DNA of 62,681 nucleotides, the filler included, from a bacterium (lineage in GTDB: Bacteria; JAMOTN01): NCBI GenBank assembly GCA_027062325.1. It is 3 parts of 3 records of this genome, joined end to end, with 100 filler letters (N's around TTAATTAATTAA, not from the genome) between each part and the next. Parts side by side here need not be neighbours in the genome. Positions count along the whole stretch, not along the records: positions 1 to 25,793 come from JAMOTN010000058.1; 2 more parts are not named here. One strand, 5' to 3'. Below, in pieces: positions 10,330 to 20,582 of the stretch. Below the pieces are notes generated by a model, which did not search any database, was not told where the DNA came from, and was given only the letters and a program-made list of their open reading frames with translations. Position 1 is the stretch's first letter. Each line of letters begins with the position of its first letter. The position numbers and the translations under genes were made by a program.

Positions 10330-11292
10330 ATGCTTGCTTACATAATAAGGAGAATTTTGCTTTCAATACCAGTCTTGATAGGGGTTAGTCTGATTACTTT
10401 CTTCTTGACACAAGTTGGTGGAGATCCTGTGCGTATAATGATGGGGCAGCATGCTGATAAGGATGTGATTGCTCAAATAAGGCATGAGTTGCATTTAGAT
10501 GAGCCCCTTTGGAAACAGTACCTATATTTTTTACACGACTTTTTTACAGGAAAACTGCGCTCCTTCAAGACTAAAAGGCCTGTGTGGGATCATCTTAAAG
10601 AAAGATTTCCATACACTCTTTCGCTCGCTATTTTGTCGATAATAATAGCCACAATAATTGGAGTTAGTGCTGGTATAATATCGGCGGTAAAGAGAGGAAG
10701 TTGGTTTGATAATCTGGCTATGCTTGCGTCAATGATTGGTATATCTACTCCGGTTTACCTTATAGGTTTAGTTTTTATTCTCCTGTTTATAAAAAAGCTT
10801 GGTTGGATTCATGGAGTTGGTGTGTGGGATGCGTGGCTTGAGGTTGATCTTGGGAGCATAGTAGTGCAGATATGGTTTCCACTTTGTATATTGCTTCCGG
10901 CGATCACTTTGGGGGCGCAACCTGCAGCTTTCATAGCTAGAATAACCAGATCTTCAATGTTGGAGGTTGTAAAGCAGGATTACATACGCACAGCTAGAGC
11001 AAAAGGGGTTCCGGAACGTGAGGTTGTATTAAAACATGCTTTAAGAAATGCGTTGATTCCAGTTATTACAGTCTTGGGATTGGAATTTGCCTATCTTCTT
11101 GGAGGGGCTGTATTGACGGAGACAGTTTATGCCTGGCCGGGGCTTGGGACAATGGCTGTTCAGGCTTTTAGAGACAGGGATATTCCAATGATTCAGGGAA
11201 CCGTTTTATTTATTGCTTTTACATTTGTGTTTATGAATTTGATTGTGGATGTATTGTACAGCTGGATTGATCCGAGAATTAGGTATGACTAA
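10330..11292 (+). CDS. oppB: Peptide ABC transporter permease (OppB/DppB)
   Basis: YIIRRIL, DYIRTARAKG EAA loop, HALRNAL, C-terminal DPRIR. Confidence 0.92.
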   Translation: MLAYIIRRILLSIPVLIGVSLITFFLTQVGGDPVRIMMGQHADKDVIAQIRHELHLDEPLWKQYLYFLHDFFTGKLRSFKTKRPVWDHLKERFPYTLSLAILSIIIATIIGVSAGIISAVKRGSWFDNLAMLASMIGISTPVYLIGLVFILLFIKKLGWIHGVGVWDAWLEVDLGSIVVQIWFPLCILLPAITLGAQPAAFIARITRSSMLEVVKQDYIRTARAKGVPEREVVLKHALRNALIPVITVLGLEFAYLLGGAVLTETVYAWPGLGTMAVQAFRDRDIPMIQGTVLFIAFTFVFMNLIVDVLYSWIDPRIRYD

Positions 11293-11321
11293 ACTACTAG
11301 TGTAAAATGGGAGGCGTTCAT

Positions 11322-12392
11322 ATGGCGGTTGAACAGAGGACTCCTTGGGCAGATGCTGTAAGGCGCTTTAAGAAAAATAAAATGGCCATTGTTGGTTTGA
11401 TAATGGTGTGTTTTTTGGTATTTGTTGCTCTATTTGCTGATGTTTTAGCAAATAATAAGCCAATTGTTCTTGTGACGGAAAATGGTTTGTTTTTTCCGGC
11501 TGTTTTGGATGTTCCTGTTTATATAAAGTACAATGGGGAAGTTTACTGGCCCATATTTTCGGATAAGTTTATAGAGCTTGTAAAGAGAGAAAAAAAAGTG
11601 GCTTATGATGATGTTATGCAGATAGCCTCTTACTATGGCGGGAAAGTTAAGTTCAAACTGATGCCTCCGATTCCGTACTCATACGATGAAGTAAATCTTG
11701 ATGAAGTACGTCAGTTTTGTTCTAAAAAGCATTGGTTAGGAACGGATGAGAAGGGAAGAGATATTTTGGCACGCATAATTCATGGATCTCGTGTCTCACT
11801 GGAGGTTGGAGTTATCTCGCAGTTGATAGCTTTAGCTATAGGTGTTGTGTTGGGATTGGTTGCAGGATACTTTGGTGGATGGATAGATAACCTTATAATG
11901 AGGATTACTGATATAGTATTTGCCTTTCCATTTCTGTTATTTGTTATGGCGATAACTAGTGTTGTAAGACCTGGGATTGATGTTGTGTTTATAGCTATGG
12001 GATTGGTTGGGTGGCCCTCTTATGCGCGTCTTGTGAGAGCTCAAGTTTTATCTGTAAAAGAGATGGAATACGTACAGGCAGCAGTTGTGTTAGGAGCTTC
12101 AACTCCGCGTGTGCTGTTTGTTCACATCCTGCCCAATGTTACTGCTCCGATAATTGTTCAAGCAACTCTTGGGATGGCAGGTGCAATTCTAGCAGAGGCA
12201 GGATTGAGTTTCCTTGGACTTGGAGCACAACCACCAACGCCATCTTGGGGATTGATGATACACTCTGCTCAGGTAGACATAGATCCGTATTGGTGGATGA
12301 GCATATTCCCTGGACTCGCCATAGCATTTGCAGTTCTTGCATTCAATATGTTTGGTGACGGATTGAGAGATGCTCTCGATCCTAAGATGTGA
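11322..12392 (+). CDS. oppC: Peptide ABC transporter permease (OppC/DppC)
   Basis: HWLGTDEKGRD, GSRVSL, EYVQAA...GAS, SFLGLG, GDGLRDALDP; ATG 11322 follows GGGAGG. Confidence 0.92.
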   Translation: MAVEQRTPWADAVRRFKKNKMAIVGLIMVCFLVFVALFADVLANNKPIVLVTENGLFFPAVLDVPVYIKYNGEVYWPIFSDKFIELVKREKKVAYDDVMQIASYYGGKVKFKLMPPIPYSYDEVNLDEVRQFCSKKHWLGTDEKGRDILARIIHGSRVSLEVGVISQLIALAIGVVLGLVAGYFGGWIDNLIMRITDIVFAFPFLLFVMAITSVVRPGIDVVFIAMGLVGWPSYARLVRAQVLSVKEMEYVQAAVVLGASTPRVLFVHILPNVTAPIIVQATLGMAGAILAEAGLSFLGLGAQPPTPSWGLMIHSAQVDIDPYWWMSIFPGLAIAFAVLAFNMFGDGLRDALDPKM

Positions 12393-12411
12393 TGGAGGTA
12401 ATAATTAGATT

Positions 12412-12606
12412 ATGAAGGAATTGCTTTTTAAAACAGTATTCTGGGGATTATTGGGGCTAGCTGTTGGTTTTGCATTGGCTTCGTTTTATATTCCGAATGT
12501 AGCTTTTTCCAAAGTAGAAGAGTTGCTCAGCGGTGCAAAAATGGTTGCTGTGATAAAAGATTGGTTGGGATACAAGGTTGTTTTGTGGGTTGGAAATGGG
12601 AGTTGA
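12412..12606 (+). CDS. Small membrane protein, unknown function
   Basis: 64 aa, N-terminal hydrophobic helix, GGAGG upstream, lies within the operon-like run. Confidence 0.55.
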   Translation: MKELLFKTVFWGLLGLAVGFALASFYIPNVAFSKVEELLSGAKMVAVIKDWLGYKVVLWVGNGS

Positions 12607-12645
12607 AAGTGGAGTTAAGCTACTTTGGATGAGAGGGGTTGGTAG

Positions 12646-12978
12646 ATGAGATTTTGGGCTTTTATAATTGGTCTTATAGTTGGGTGGAGTATTTGCATAT
12701 ATACTTACTTGCCGCGGGAGCTGCCGGGGAAATGGTATTACTTTGAGTGGGGAGTTGAGAGTGGAATTGTTGATAGAAAGATTTTAATAGATTTACCTAA
12801 AGATTTAGTTGAGGCTTTGAATGATAATGTGTTGAGTGAAGCAGATGTGGAAGCTTATAAAGCGTTGATAAATGAAAATGTTTTAGAAAGCCTTAGGAAG
12901 TTAAGGGCGGAGACGTTGTTAAAGTTAAGGGAAAATCTCAGGTTTAATTTGAGTAGAATAATCATTCTAAATTACTGA
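12646..12978 (+). CDS. Membrane-anchored hypothetical protein
   Basis: 110 aa, N-terminal TM helix, GAGGGG RBS. Confidence 0.6.
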   Translation: MRFWAFIIGLIVGWSICIYTYLPRELPGKWYYFEWGVESGIVDRKILIDLPKDLVEALNDNVLSEADVEAYKALINENVLESLRKLRAETLLKLRENLRFNLSRIIILNY

Positions 12979-12979
12979 T

Positions 12980-13726
12980 TTGGTGGGGAGAGTTGTGGAT
13001 AGTTTGATACTCAAAGGAGTTGAGTTAATAGGAAGGTTGAAAGTAGAGGATGAGTGGCTGAAAAGATGGATAAGAGCAGTAGGAAGGCGTATTGAGGGGA
13101 AAAAGATAAAGATTTCTAATGGAAAATACTGGACATACGGTAAAGTTTTGAATTACAGAGATGCTGAAGTTGAAATAGAAAGTGAATTGAGAGAGGTTAT
13201 GCCTCTTCTAAAGACGACGTTGGTTTTAGCTGTAGCCAGAGAAGACACTAATAGGGAGCAAGTTGCTATAGCTTCTGAGTATGGAATTGAACGATTGATT
13301 TTTTTCTCCTCTAAACGTTCTTTTAAAAGAAAAATTCGCTTGGATAGGTTGGAGAGGGTGGCTTTGGAGTATTCTATGCGAGTAGGAAGAGTTTCTGTTC
13401 CTCAATTAACCTATTTTGAAGCTTGGGATGATCTTCTCGAATTTTTAAAAGGAGTTAGTGTACCTTACAAGGTGGTATTGTATGAAAAAGCAAAGGAGCT
13501 TTTTAAGTTAGAAGAACTTGCTGATCCTAATATATTGGTATTTGGTCCTGAGGGTGGCTTTGAAGAATTTGAAATAGAGGATTTGAAAAAAGTTGGGTGT
13601 AAACCTTTGATTTTAAAGGCGCCGATATTTACAGCACCGACGGCGCTTTCGCATACTTTGGCTTTTATACTTGATAGATTCTACGATGCGTCTGAGCTTG
13701 GTTGGATATGGAAGGATGATAATTGA
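12980..13726 (+). CDS. rsmE: 16S rRNA m3U1498 methyltransferase (divergent)
   Basis: SPOUT motif FGPEGGF, ASEYGIERL (cf. TELGV), PIFTAPTA (cf. RILRAETA). Confidence 0.75.
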   Translation: MVGRVVDSLILKGVELIGRLKVEDEWLKRWIRAVGRRIEGKKIKISNGKYWTYGKVLNYRDAEVEIESELREVMPLLKTTLVLAVAREDTNREQVAIASEYGIERLIFFSSKRSFKRKIRLDRLERVALEYSMRVGRVSVPQLTYFEAWDDLLEFLKGVSVPYKVVLYEKAKELFKLEELADPNILVFGPEGGFEEFEIEDLKKVGCKPLILKAPIFTAPTALSHTLAFILDRFYDASELGWIWKDDN

Positions 13727-13744
13727 TTTAAGGGGGGATCTAAT

Positions 13745-14629
13745 ATGTCAGAAAAGCTTGAAGGAAGCATAGTTGCTTTGATAACGCCATTTTTGGGTGA
13801 TGGAAGTATAGATTGGGAGAGCTATGAAGGACTTTTAGAATGGCATAAGGTTTCTGGAACAAATGGAGTGTTGATTACCGGTACTACTGGAGAAGCTCCT
13901 GTTATAAGTTTAGAAGAGAGAAGAGAGCTTTATAGGAGGGCTAAAAAGATACTTGGAGATGAAGTTGCTTTGATAGCAGGAGTTGGTACTAATTCTACAG
14001 AAGGTAGTGTTGCTAATTCAAAAGTTGCTTTGGAGGAAGGGGCAAATTACTTATTGGTAGTTACACCTCCTTATAACAAACCTAATCCTGCAGGATTGCT
14101 TCGTCACTATTCAGAGATAGCAAAGCTTGGTGGAAAGATAATAGTTTATAACGTGCCAGGACGTACTGGTTACAATATGCCGATTGATGTGTTCAAAATG
14201 CTTTTTGAAGAGATAGAAGAGGTTGTTGCTTTAAAAGAGGCAGCAGGGAGTGTTGATAAGCTTGGGCAGATGAAGAAAGCAGTTCCTGAAGCGGAAGTTT
14301 ATTCTGGGGACGATCATCTTTACATACCTCAACTTTTGGTTGGTGCAGATGGAGTTATATCGGTTTTGGCAAATTTGATTCCTCAAGAAATGGCTAAAGT
14401 TCATCTCAAGTTTAAGGAGGGAGATAACTCTTATCTCGTGGAATTTTGGCAGAAATATCGAGAATTAATCAGATTGTTATTTGTGGAGACGAATCCAATT
14501 CCAGCTAAAGCTGCCCTTTACCTGATGGGAAAAATTAAAACTTATGAAGTTAGAAGTCCGCTTGCTCCTGCTTCTGAGAAAACATTGGAGTTGTTGAAAG
14601 TAGAGCTTGAGAAGTTGGGTTTGATCTGA
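13745..14629 (+). CDS. dapA: 4-hydroxy-tetrahydrodipicolinate synthase
   Basis: ALITPF, GTTGE, YNKP, YNVPGRTG, LKEA, SGDD, ETNPIP. Confidence 0.96.
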   Translation: MSEKLEGSIVALITPFLGDGSIDWESYEGLLEWHKVSGTNGVLITGTTGEAPVISLEERRELYRRAKKILGDEVALIAGVGTNSTEGSVANSKVALEEGANYLLVVTPPYNKPNPAGLLRHYSEIAKLGGKIIVYNVPGRTGYNMPIDVFKMLFEEIEEVVALKEAAGSVDKLGQMKKAVPEAEVYSGDDHLYIPQLLVGADGVISVLANLIPQEMAKVHLKFKEGDNSYLVEFWQKYRELIRLLFVETNPIPAKAALYLMGKIKTYEVRSPLAPASEKTLELLKVELEKLGLI

Positions 14630-14669
14630 ACTCTAACTGTGTGACTAGTTAAAAAGGAGTGTGGAAAAT

Positions 14670-15779
14670 ATGGGTTTGCGCGAAACACTTTCAAAACTTC
14701 CACCGTACCTGTTTGCAGAGATTGATAGAAAAAAGGAAGAGGTGGCAAAGCGAGTAGAGATCATAGATTTAGGAGTAGGAGATCCTGATCTTGCACCTCC
14801 TCCATATTTAGCAGAGAGCTTACTTGAGGCTTTGCAGGATGAAAGAGTGCACCGCTATCCCTCTTATGAGGGGGAGGCTGAGTTGCGCAGTAAGGCGGTT
14901 AAATGGTATGAGAAAAGATTTGGTATTACTCCTGATGATTTGATAGTGCTTATTGGTTCGAAGGAGGGAATTGCACACAGCATATTTTCGCTGGTGGATA
15001 GAGGGACTCGAGTGCTTATTGCTACTCCTTCATATCCTGTTTATCTTAACTGGGCTATAATGCTTGATGCAGAGATAAAGACGGCACCAATAGTTGTAGA
15101 AAACGACTTTTTATTAGATCCAGAGGTTGTTTTAGAGTTCAAACCGGATGTGGTTGTACTAAACTACCCTTCTAATCCTACAACAAAAATTGCTCCAATT
15201 TCTTATTTAAAAGAGCTTGCAGAGGTATGTAGAAAAGTTGGAGCAGTGATATTATATGACAACGCTTACAGTGAAATTTATTTTGATGAAAAGCCCCCTT
15301 CTGTTCTCGAAGTTGCCCCGGATATTGCCATAGAGTTTACGAGTTTGTCAAAGAGTCACAACGTTACAGGTTGGAGAATAGGATTTGCGGCAGGGGAAAA
15401 GAAGCTTGTCCAAAGACTTTTGACGGTTAAAAAGTATACCGACAGTGGTTTACAAATATTTGTTCAGAAGGCGGCTGAAAGGATGCTTGATGATGAGGAG
15501 ACGCCAAGGGCGAATAGAAAAGTTTATGCAAGAAGAAGAAAAATGGTTAGTGAATTTTTAAAGCGTGCAGGTTACGATTACTGGGCAGGAGGTACATTTT
15601 TTGTGTGGGTTAGAGTTGATAATGGTATGAAGTTTGCAGAGAAGTTATTAGAAGCAGGGGTTGTTGTAACACCTGGTATTGGAATGGGTGATGGGGGTGA
15701 GGATTACATACGCATTTCATTGACAGCACCGGATGAGGCTATTAAGGAGGCACTGCAGCGTTGGGAGAGATTGCTTTAA
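14670..15779 (+). CDS. dapL: Class I/II PLP aminotransferase, probably LL-diaminopimelate aminotransferase
   Basis: LPPYLFAEID, GVGDPD, IGSKEG, NYPSNPT, DNAYSE, SLSKSHNVTGWRIG; next to dapA. Confidence 0.8.
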   Translation: MGLRETLSKLPPYLFAEIDRKKEEVAKRVEIIDLGVGDPDLAPPPYLAESLLEALQDERVHRYPSYEGEAELRSKAVKWYEKRFGITPDDLIVLIGSKEGIAHSIFSLVDRGTRVLIATPSYPVYLNWAIMLDAEIKTAPIVVENDFLLDPEVVLEFKPDVVVLNYPSNPTTKIAPISYLKELAEVCRKVGAVILYDNAYSEIYFDEKPPSVLEVAPDIAIEFTSLSKSHNVTGWRIGFAAGEKKLVQRLLTVKKYTDSGLQIFVQKAAERMLDDEETPRANRKVYARRRKMVSEFLKRAGYDYWAGGTFFVWVRVDNGMKFAEKLLEAGVVVTPGIGMGDGGEDYIRISLTAPDEAIKEALQRWERLL

Positions 15780-16525
15780 ATGTAAAGCTGTTATTTTCAG
15801 ATTTTTCATGGAAAGATGCACTGGATATACTGTTTATAACAGTGATAGTTTATTACTTTTTAAAAGTTAGCTGGGGGAAAAAAGGACAGCTTGCGTTTGT
15901 GGGGTTTATGCTGGTATTAGTGCCATTTGGAGTTGTCAATACGCTTGGACTTCCAGCGTCAAGTTGGATATTCAAGAATCTTGTGCCGTACACTGTCATA
16001 CTTCTTGTTGTGTTATTTCAGGTTGAAATAAGGGATTTTTTACAAGTTATTGCAGAGAAGGTTTTTAAAGAAAAGGTGCCTGTGCGTGATAAATTTTGGC
16101 AGGAGCTTATGATAGCAGTAATGCATGCAGCGCGTAACAAAATTGGTATGCTGGTGGTCATAAAGCAGAAGATGGGATTGGAAGAGTATATTGAAACAGG
16201 AGTTCGTCTCAATGCTGAGGTGACAGCACCGCTTCTGATGGCTATATTCTCCAAATCGTCTCCGCTTCACGATGGAGCTGTGATAGTAGAAGGTAACAAC
16301 ATAGTAGCGGCTTCTTGCTGGCTACCGCTTACATTAGAAAAAATGCCTGTTTGGTTTGGATCACGCCATAGGGCAGCCAAGGGAGTTACCGATGTGACAG
16401 ATGCGGTTGCAATAGTAGTTTCTGAAGAAACAGGGGCTGTTAGAATATTTTACCGTGGTGATATGAGGTTTGTCTCACCTCAAACAATTTATCAAGCTTA
16501 TAGAGAGATGACGATCCAAGAGTGA
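15761..16525 (+). CDS. cdaA: Diadenylate cyclase CdaA
   Basis: Three N-terminal TM helices, PLHDGA, GSRHRAA, VSEETG. Confidence 0.93.
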   Translation: MGEIALNVKLLFSDFSWKDALDILFITVIVYYFLKVSWGKKGQLAFVGFMLVLVPFGVVNTLGLPASSWIFKNLVPYTVILLVVLFQVEIRDFLQVIAEKVFKEKVPVRDKFWQELMIAVMHAARNKIGMLVVIKQKMGLEEYIETGVRLNAEVTAPLLMAIFSKSSPLHDGAVIVEGNNIVAASCWLPLTLEKMPVWFGSRHRAAKGVTDVTDAVAIVVSEETGAVRIFYRGDMRFVSPQTIYQAYREMTIQE

Positions 16526-16558
16526 AGATAAGTTATGAGTAAGTTAGGAGGGTAAGTT

Positions 16559-17470
16559 TTGAGAGTAAGATACATTCAGGCTGCAATAGCTTTTGTAGTT
16601 TCAATTTTCTTATGGATTATTGTTAACCTTTTTTACCAACCGACGGTTGTTAGAAAAAAAGTTGTAAAAGTTGAGGTGCCGTCTGCAAGTGGGGAGGTTG
16701 TGGTTGCAGAGCCTGATAAGATTGAAATGGTAGTTGAAGGAGGAAGATTTGAGGTTTTAAAGTATCTTCAGTCGGTCAATGCTGTAATATGGGATGGATA
16801 TAAATATGTTTATCCTTCAGCGCCAAAACTTAGAGTAGTCATAAATGCGGGAAAAATAAAGATAAAAAGGTATAGGAAGGTGGAAAAAGAATTTGATGTT
16901 AAACCAGTAGTTTATGTGGATGTAGAGCAAGTAGAAAGGATAAATATTTTTCCTTCGCGTGTGAAGATAGAGGGGTTGGAAAATGAGGTGAAATTGGTGA
17001 AAACGGTGAAGGTTCCTGTGAAGAAGTTCGGTAGGAGTATAGAGAAAGTTGATGTGGAGTTCAAAGGAGTGTTAAAAGTTGGAGGATTTTTCAAAGTTGA
17101 ACCGCCTTATGTTTTGATAGTTGTGGAAAAAAAGAGGAAGGTTTGCGTGTACAGCAAAGTTAAAGTTTTGGTTAACTCAGGGGATGATGCTACTGTGGAA
17201 TGTAGAACTTCTCCTGAGTTTGTTAAAATTTGTGGATATGGGAGGCTTCCAAGCGAGATTCTAATAGATATGAGAAATGTTAATTTTAAAGCGAATAATG
17301 TATTTCCATGTGAGTTTGAAAGTTTGGTTAGTAATAATCTGAAAGATACCTCTTTTGAGGTTAAAATTTTCAATGACGAGGGAGTTGTAAAAAAGGTTAA
17401 GGTTTTTTCAAAGTATGAAGTTGTTCCTAAAAAAGTTAGGGTTTTTGTAAGAGTGTTAAGAGGAAAGTAA
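16559..17470 (+). CDS. cdaR: CdaR/YbbR-like regulator
   Basis: Single N-terminal TM (AFVVSIFLW), repeated beta-rich P-x-x-V-x-V units, directly after cdaA. Confidence 0.65.
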   Translation: MRVRYIQAAIAFVVSIFLWIIVNLFYQPTVVRKKVVKVEVPSASGEVVVAEPDKIEMVVEGGRFEVLKYLQSVNAVIWDGYKYVYPSAPKLRVVINAGKIKIKRYRKVEKEFDVKPVVYVDVEQVERINIFPSRVKIEGLENEVKLVKTVKVPVKKFGRSIEKVDVEFKGVLKVGGFFKVEPPYVLIVVEKKRKVCVYSKVKVLVNSGDDATVECRTSPEFVKICGYGRLPSEILIDMRNVNFKANNVFPCEFESLVSNNLKDTSFEVKIFNDEGVVKKVKVFSKYEVVPKKVRVFVRVLRGK

Positions 17471-17493
17471 AACCTTGGAAGGGATGGTGAATT

Positions 17494-19074
17494 TTGTTGG
17501 TGAAGATTTTGATAAGGCAGTTTAGAATTAGGCCATCTGAGAATTTAGATGAGTTTCTACGGAGAAAGTATTCGGCAAAGGTTTTAAAAATTTTGAAGAA
17601 AAGTGTGGATGCTAGGAAGAGAAAGGATATATGGTTGGTTTATAATATGCTTATTGAAATACCTGAGAAGAAATTGAGCTTCTTCACTAGAAATTTTGAC
17701 TTCTCCATTGATGCTGAGGAGATAAAAAAAGCGGAGTGTGAACCCAGATTCACTTTTTCAAAGGTTGGAGAGGTTAAAAGAGTGCTTGTGGTCGGAACGG
17801 GACCAGCTGGTTTGTTTGCAGCTAATGTTTTATCTAGGGCAGGCCATGAGGTTGTGGTATGGGAAAAAGGTTTGAAGTTAGAGGGTAGGATTGAGAAAGT
17901 GAGTGAATACTGGGCGGGGAAAAATTTAGATAGAAAGGCAAATGTTTGTGTGGGAGAAGGTGGCGCAGGTCTTTTTTCAGATGGAAAACTTACTTGTAGG
18001 CGACGTGATAATATAAGTTACTTCGTTTTACAGGAGTTGGTTAGATGGGGGGCTAGGGATTCAATATTATGGGAAGCTAAGCCGCATGTTGGCACTGATG
18101 TTTTAAGGGAGTGCGTACTTGAAGCGAGGAGAGAGCTTGAGGCGCGAGGAGTGAAATTTGAGTTTGAGAAAGAGTTGGTAGATATTTTATTTGAAGGGAA
18201 AAAAGTTTTGGCTGTTTCGGGTAGAGATATGCGGGAGGTTGATGTATTGGTTTTGGCGACGGGGCAACATGCAGAGGAAATTTATAAGATTTTATATCAG
18301 AAAGGAGCTAAGCTTTCTCCAAAGCCGTTTGCTGTTGGAGTGAGAATGGAGCATCGGCAGAGTGTGGTTGACGAAAGTTTGTACGGCAAGTGGAAGAAGT
18401 ACATGCCGGCTGCTGAATATGTGTTTAAGGCTCGGGTTGAGGATACCTTAGGGAATGAGAGGAGTGTTTATACGTTTTGTATGTGTCCTGGGGGTTATGT
18501 TGTTCCTTCTGAAGATAGAGAGCGAGTTATTATTACAAATGGGATGAGTTATGAAGGGAGAAATAGTGGTTTATCGAATGCGGCAGTCGTGGTTCAAGTG
18601 TGGCCGCAAGACTTTGAGAGGTATGGATTTACAGGTTGGGATGCGGGCTTGAAATGGAGGGCGGAACTTGAAAAAAGAGCATACGAGGTTGGTTCAGGGA
18701 GAGCCCCTGTTCAACGAATAGGTGATTACTTTCGTGGAAGAAAGAGCAAGTTGGTTGTCAGTTCTTACTTCAGGGGTAGCAAGTCTGTTGATCTGGCTGG
18801 AATTTTGCCATCAGAGATTGATGTGGCTTTAAGAAATGCTCTTCGTAAATTTTCAAATTATATTGATGAGTTTGAAGAAGGAGTATTAGTAGGAGTTGAA
18901 ACTAGGACTTCTTCTGCTGTGAGAGTTGAAAGAGATGATAAGGGATATGTGCTTCCTGCAGTAAAATTTGTAGGGGAAGGATCTGGATGGGCAGGTGGAA
19001 TAATGACCAGTGCTATTGATGCTATTAGGATGATGATGGATTTGGTGAGAATAGAGGTGAGTTTTGAGGAGTAG
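17494..19074 (+). CDS. FAD-dependent oxidoreductase (HI0933-like / uncharacterised FAD dehydrogenase family)
   Basis: GTGPAG, GEGGAGLFSDGKL, KPHVGTD, YTFCMCPGG, ETRTSS, GEGSGWAGGI. Confidence 0.85.
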   Translation: MLVKILIRQFRIRPSENLDEFLRRKYSAKVLKILKKSVDARKRKDIWLVYNMLIEIPEKKLSFFTRNFDFSIDAEEIKKAECEPRFTFSKVGEVKRVLVVGTGPAGLFAANVLSRAGHEVVVWEKGLKLEGRIEKVSEYWAGKNLDRKANVCVGEGGAGLFSDGKLTCRRRDNISYFVLQELVRWGARDSILWEAKPHVGTDVLRECVLEARRELEARGVKFEFEKELVDILFEGKKVLAVSGRDMREVDVLVLATGQHAEEIYKILYQKGAKLSPKPFAVGVRMEHRQSVVDESLYGKWKKYMPAAEYVFKARVEDTLGNERSVYTFCMCPGGYVVPSEDRERVIITNGMSYEGRNSGLSNAAVVVQVWPQDFERYGFTGWDAGLKWRAELEKRAYEVGSGRAPVQRIGDYFRGRKSKLVVSSYFRGSKSVDLAGILPSEIDVALRNALRKFSNYIDEFEEGVLVGVETRTSSAVRVERDDKGYVLPAVKFVGEGSGWAGGIMTSAIDAIRMMMDLVRIEVSFEE

Positions 19075-19082
19075 ATAAAGGG

Positions 19083-20561
19083 GTGAAGGACATGGATGCA
19101 ATGGAGGCACTTAAGTTTGCAGAGGATGTATTGGGTGGGAAAAAGAATTTGAGGGAGATTTTTTCTTTGGAAAAACATGAGCAAGAGATGGTAGTATTTG
19201 CTTTAAAAGATAGGGTTAGTTTTGATAAGTTAGAGTTTGTAAAAAGAGCGGCTCCACGCTATTTTGCAGTGATGCTAAAACCTGAGCCTGAAAAGTTTAG
19301 TGCTGTGGCAGCTAAGTTGCAGGGTGATGAATGGGAACAAGAGTTTGCTATAAATGCTTTGCTTAAGTATCCTCAGCAAGGATTAAAGCTTATAGTGAAG
19401 CTACTTGCTTCTCCCTCTGAGTTTATTCGCGAAACGACCCGGAATGCTCTTAAAAAAGTTGGTTTTAGAATTGTGCCTCCCTTGGCAAAACTTGCAAAGA
19501 CTTTGAAAAATGATACTGTTTTCAAGGGAGTAGTAGAGGTTATTGCTTCTTTCGGAAGGCCCTCTTTTGACTGGCTTGTTGATTTGGCAGGTTTTGTGGA
19601 GGATAGTAAGTTGCTTTACTGGTGTGTAGCTGCTTTTAAGGATCAGGAGTTTGAAAAGGAGGTTGTAGATAGATTAGCAGAGCTGATGGAAAAGGTTGAA
19701 GATTATGTAAAAGATAGGATTGTGGATGTTCTCTCTCAATGGAAAAATGATTACGTTTATGGAAAGGTTTGGGAGGGGATAAAGAGTGATAAAAATTTGA
19801 GATGGTGGTTAAGGCTTGAAGGAAGGTTAACTGCCGAAGCCAAGAATTTACTTGAGTATTTAAAAATGGACGATGATAAGTTGAAATGGGAAGCTTTGAG
19901 TGCGATAGATTCGGATATAGCTGTGAGGCCAGATGTGTTAAAAATTCTTGTTGATATGTATGTTAATGGTGGTGCTTTTGGAATTAAGGCAAATGAGATT
20001 TTAGAGGATGCTTCTGTTAAATTGGGAGATAAACTTTTTGAGCTTTACATGGATCCCCGAGATGTGGTGAAAAAGCTTGCTCTTCGTCTTCTAAAAATGC
20101 AGGGAAGAGGAATGATAGATAAGGTTGTGTTTCTTCTCGAAAAAGGAGATGCTCAGCAGCGTTATATGGCTGCTCAAATTGTTGAGGCGCTGGGATTGCA
20201 GAGGGATGATGTGAGGGAGGCGCTTCAAAATAATCTGAGTTTTGGAGACGAATGGGTTAGAAAACAATGTGCTCAAGCATTGGTGGTGTTATTTGGAAAG
20301 GAGATGGAGAGCGTGCTTCCTGAGGATCTTAAGGAGTTTGTGGCGGATAAACTTTCTGCTTTCATGAGCGTAGAGGAGATAATGGAGATGTTGAGAGAGC
20401 CTAATAGTAGGAACAAGGCTTTTGAAATGCTTGTGGCTAAAGGTAAAGAAGCGTTGCCGGTAATAACTGAACGTTATAAAGTAGAAGAAGATGAAGAGGT
20501 AAGATATTGGCTTTTGAAGGCTAAGAGAACTATAGAAGGAGGAAAGATGCTGGGCGGTTAA
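19083..20561 (+). CDS. HEAT-repeat protein
   Basis: Repeated helical units such as SEFIRETTRNAL, DEWVRKQCAQAL, DEEVRYW. Confidence 0.75.
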   Translation: MKDMDAMEALKFAEDVLGGKKNLREIFSLEKHEQEMVVFALKDRVSFDKLEFVKRAAPRYFAVMLKPEPEKFSAVAAKLQGDEWEQEFAINALLKYPQQGLKLIVKLLASPSEFIRETTRNALKKVGFRIVPPLAKLAKTLKNDTVFKGVVEVIASFGRPSFDWLVDLAGFVEDSKLLYWCVAAFKDQEFEKEVVDRLAELMEKVEDYVKDRIVDVLSQWKNDYVYGKVWEGIKSDKNLRWWLRLEGRLTAEAKNLLEYLKMDDDKLKWEALSAIDSDIAVRPDVLKILVDMYVNGGAFGIKANEILEDASVKLGDKLFELYMDPRDVVKKLALRLLKMQGRGMIDKVVFLLEKGDAQQRYMAAQIVEALGLQRDDVREALQNNLSFGDEWVRKQCAQALVVLFGKEMESVLPEDLKEFVADKLSAFMSVEEIMEMLREPNSRNKAFEMLVAKGKEALPVITERYKVEEDEEVRYWLLKAKRTIEGGKMLGG

Positions 20562-20582
20562 GTTGGTTTGGAGGATAGGATT

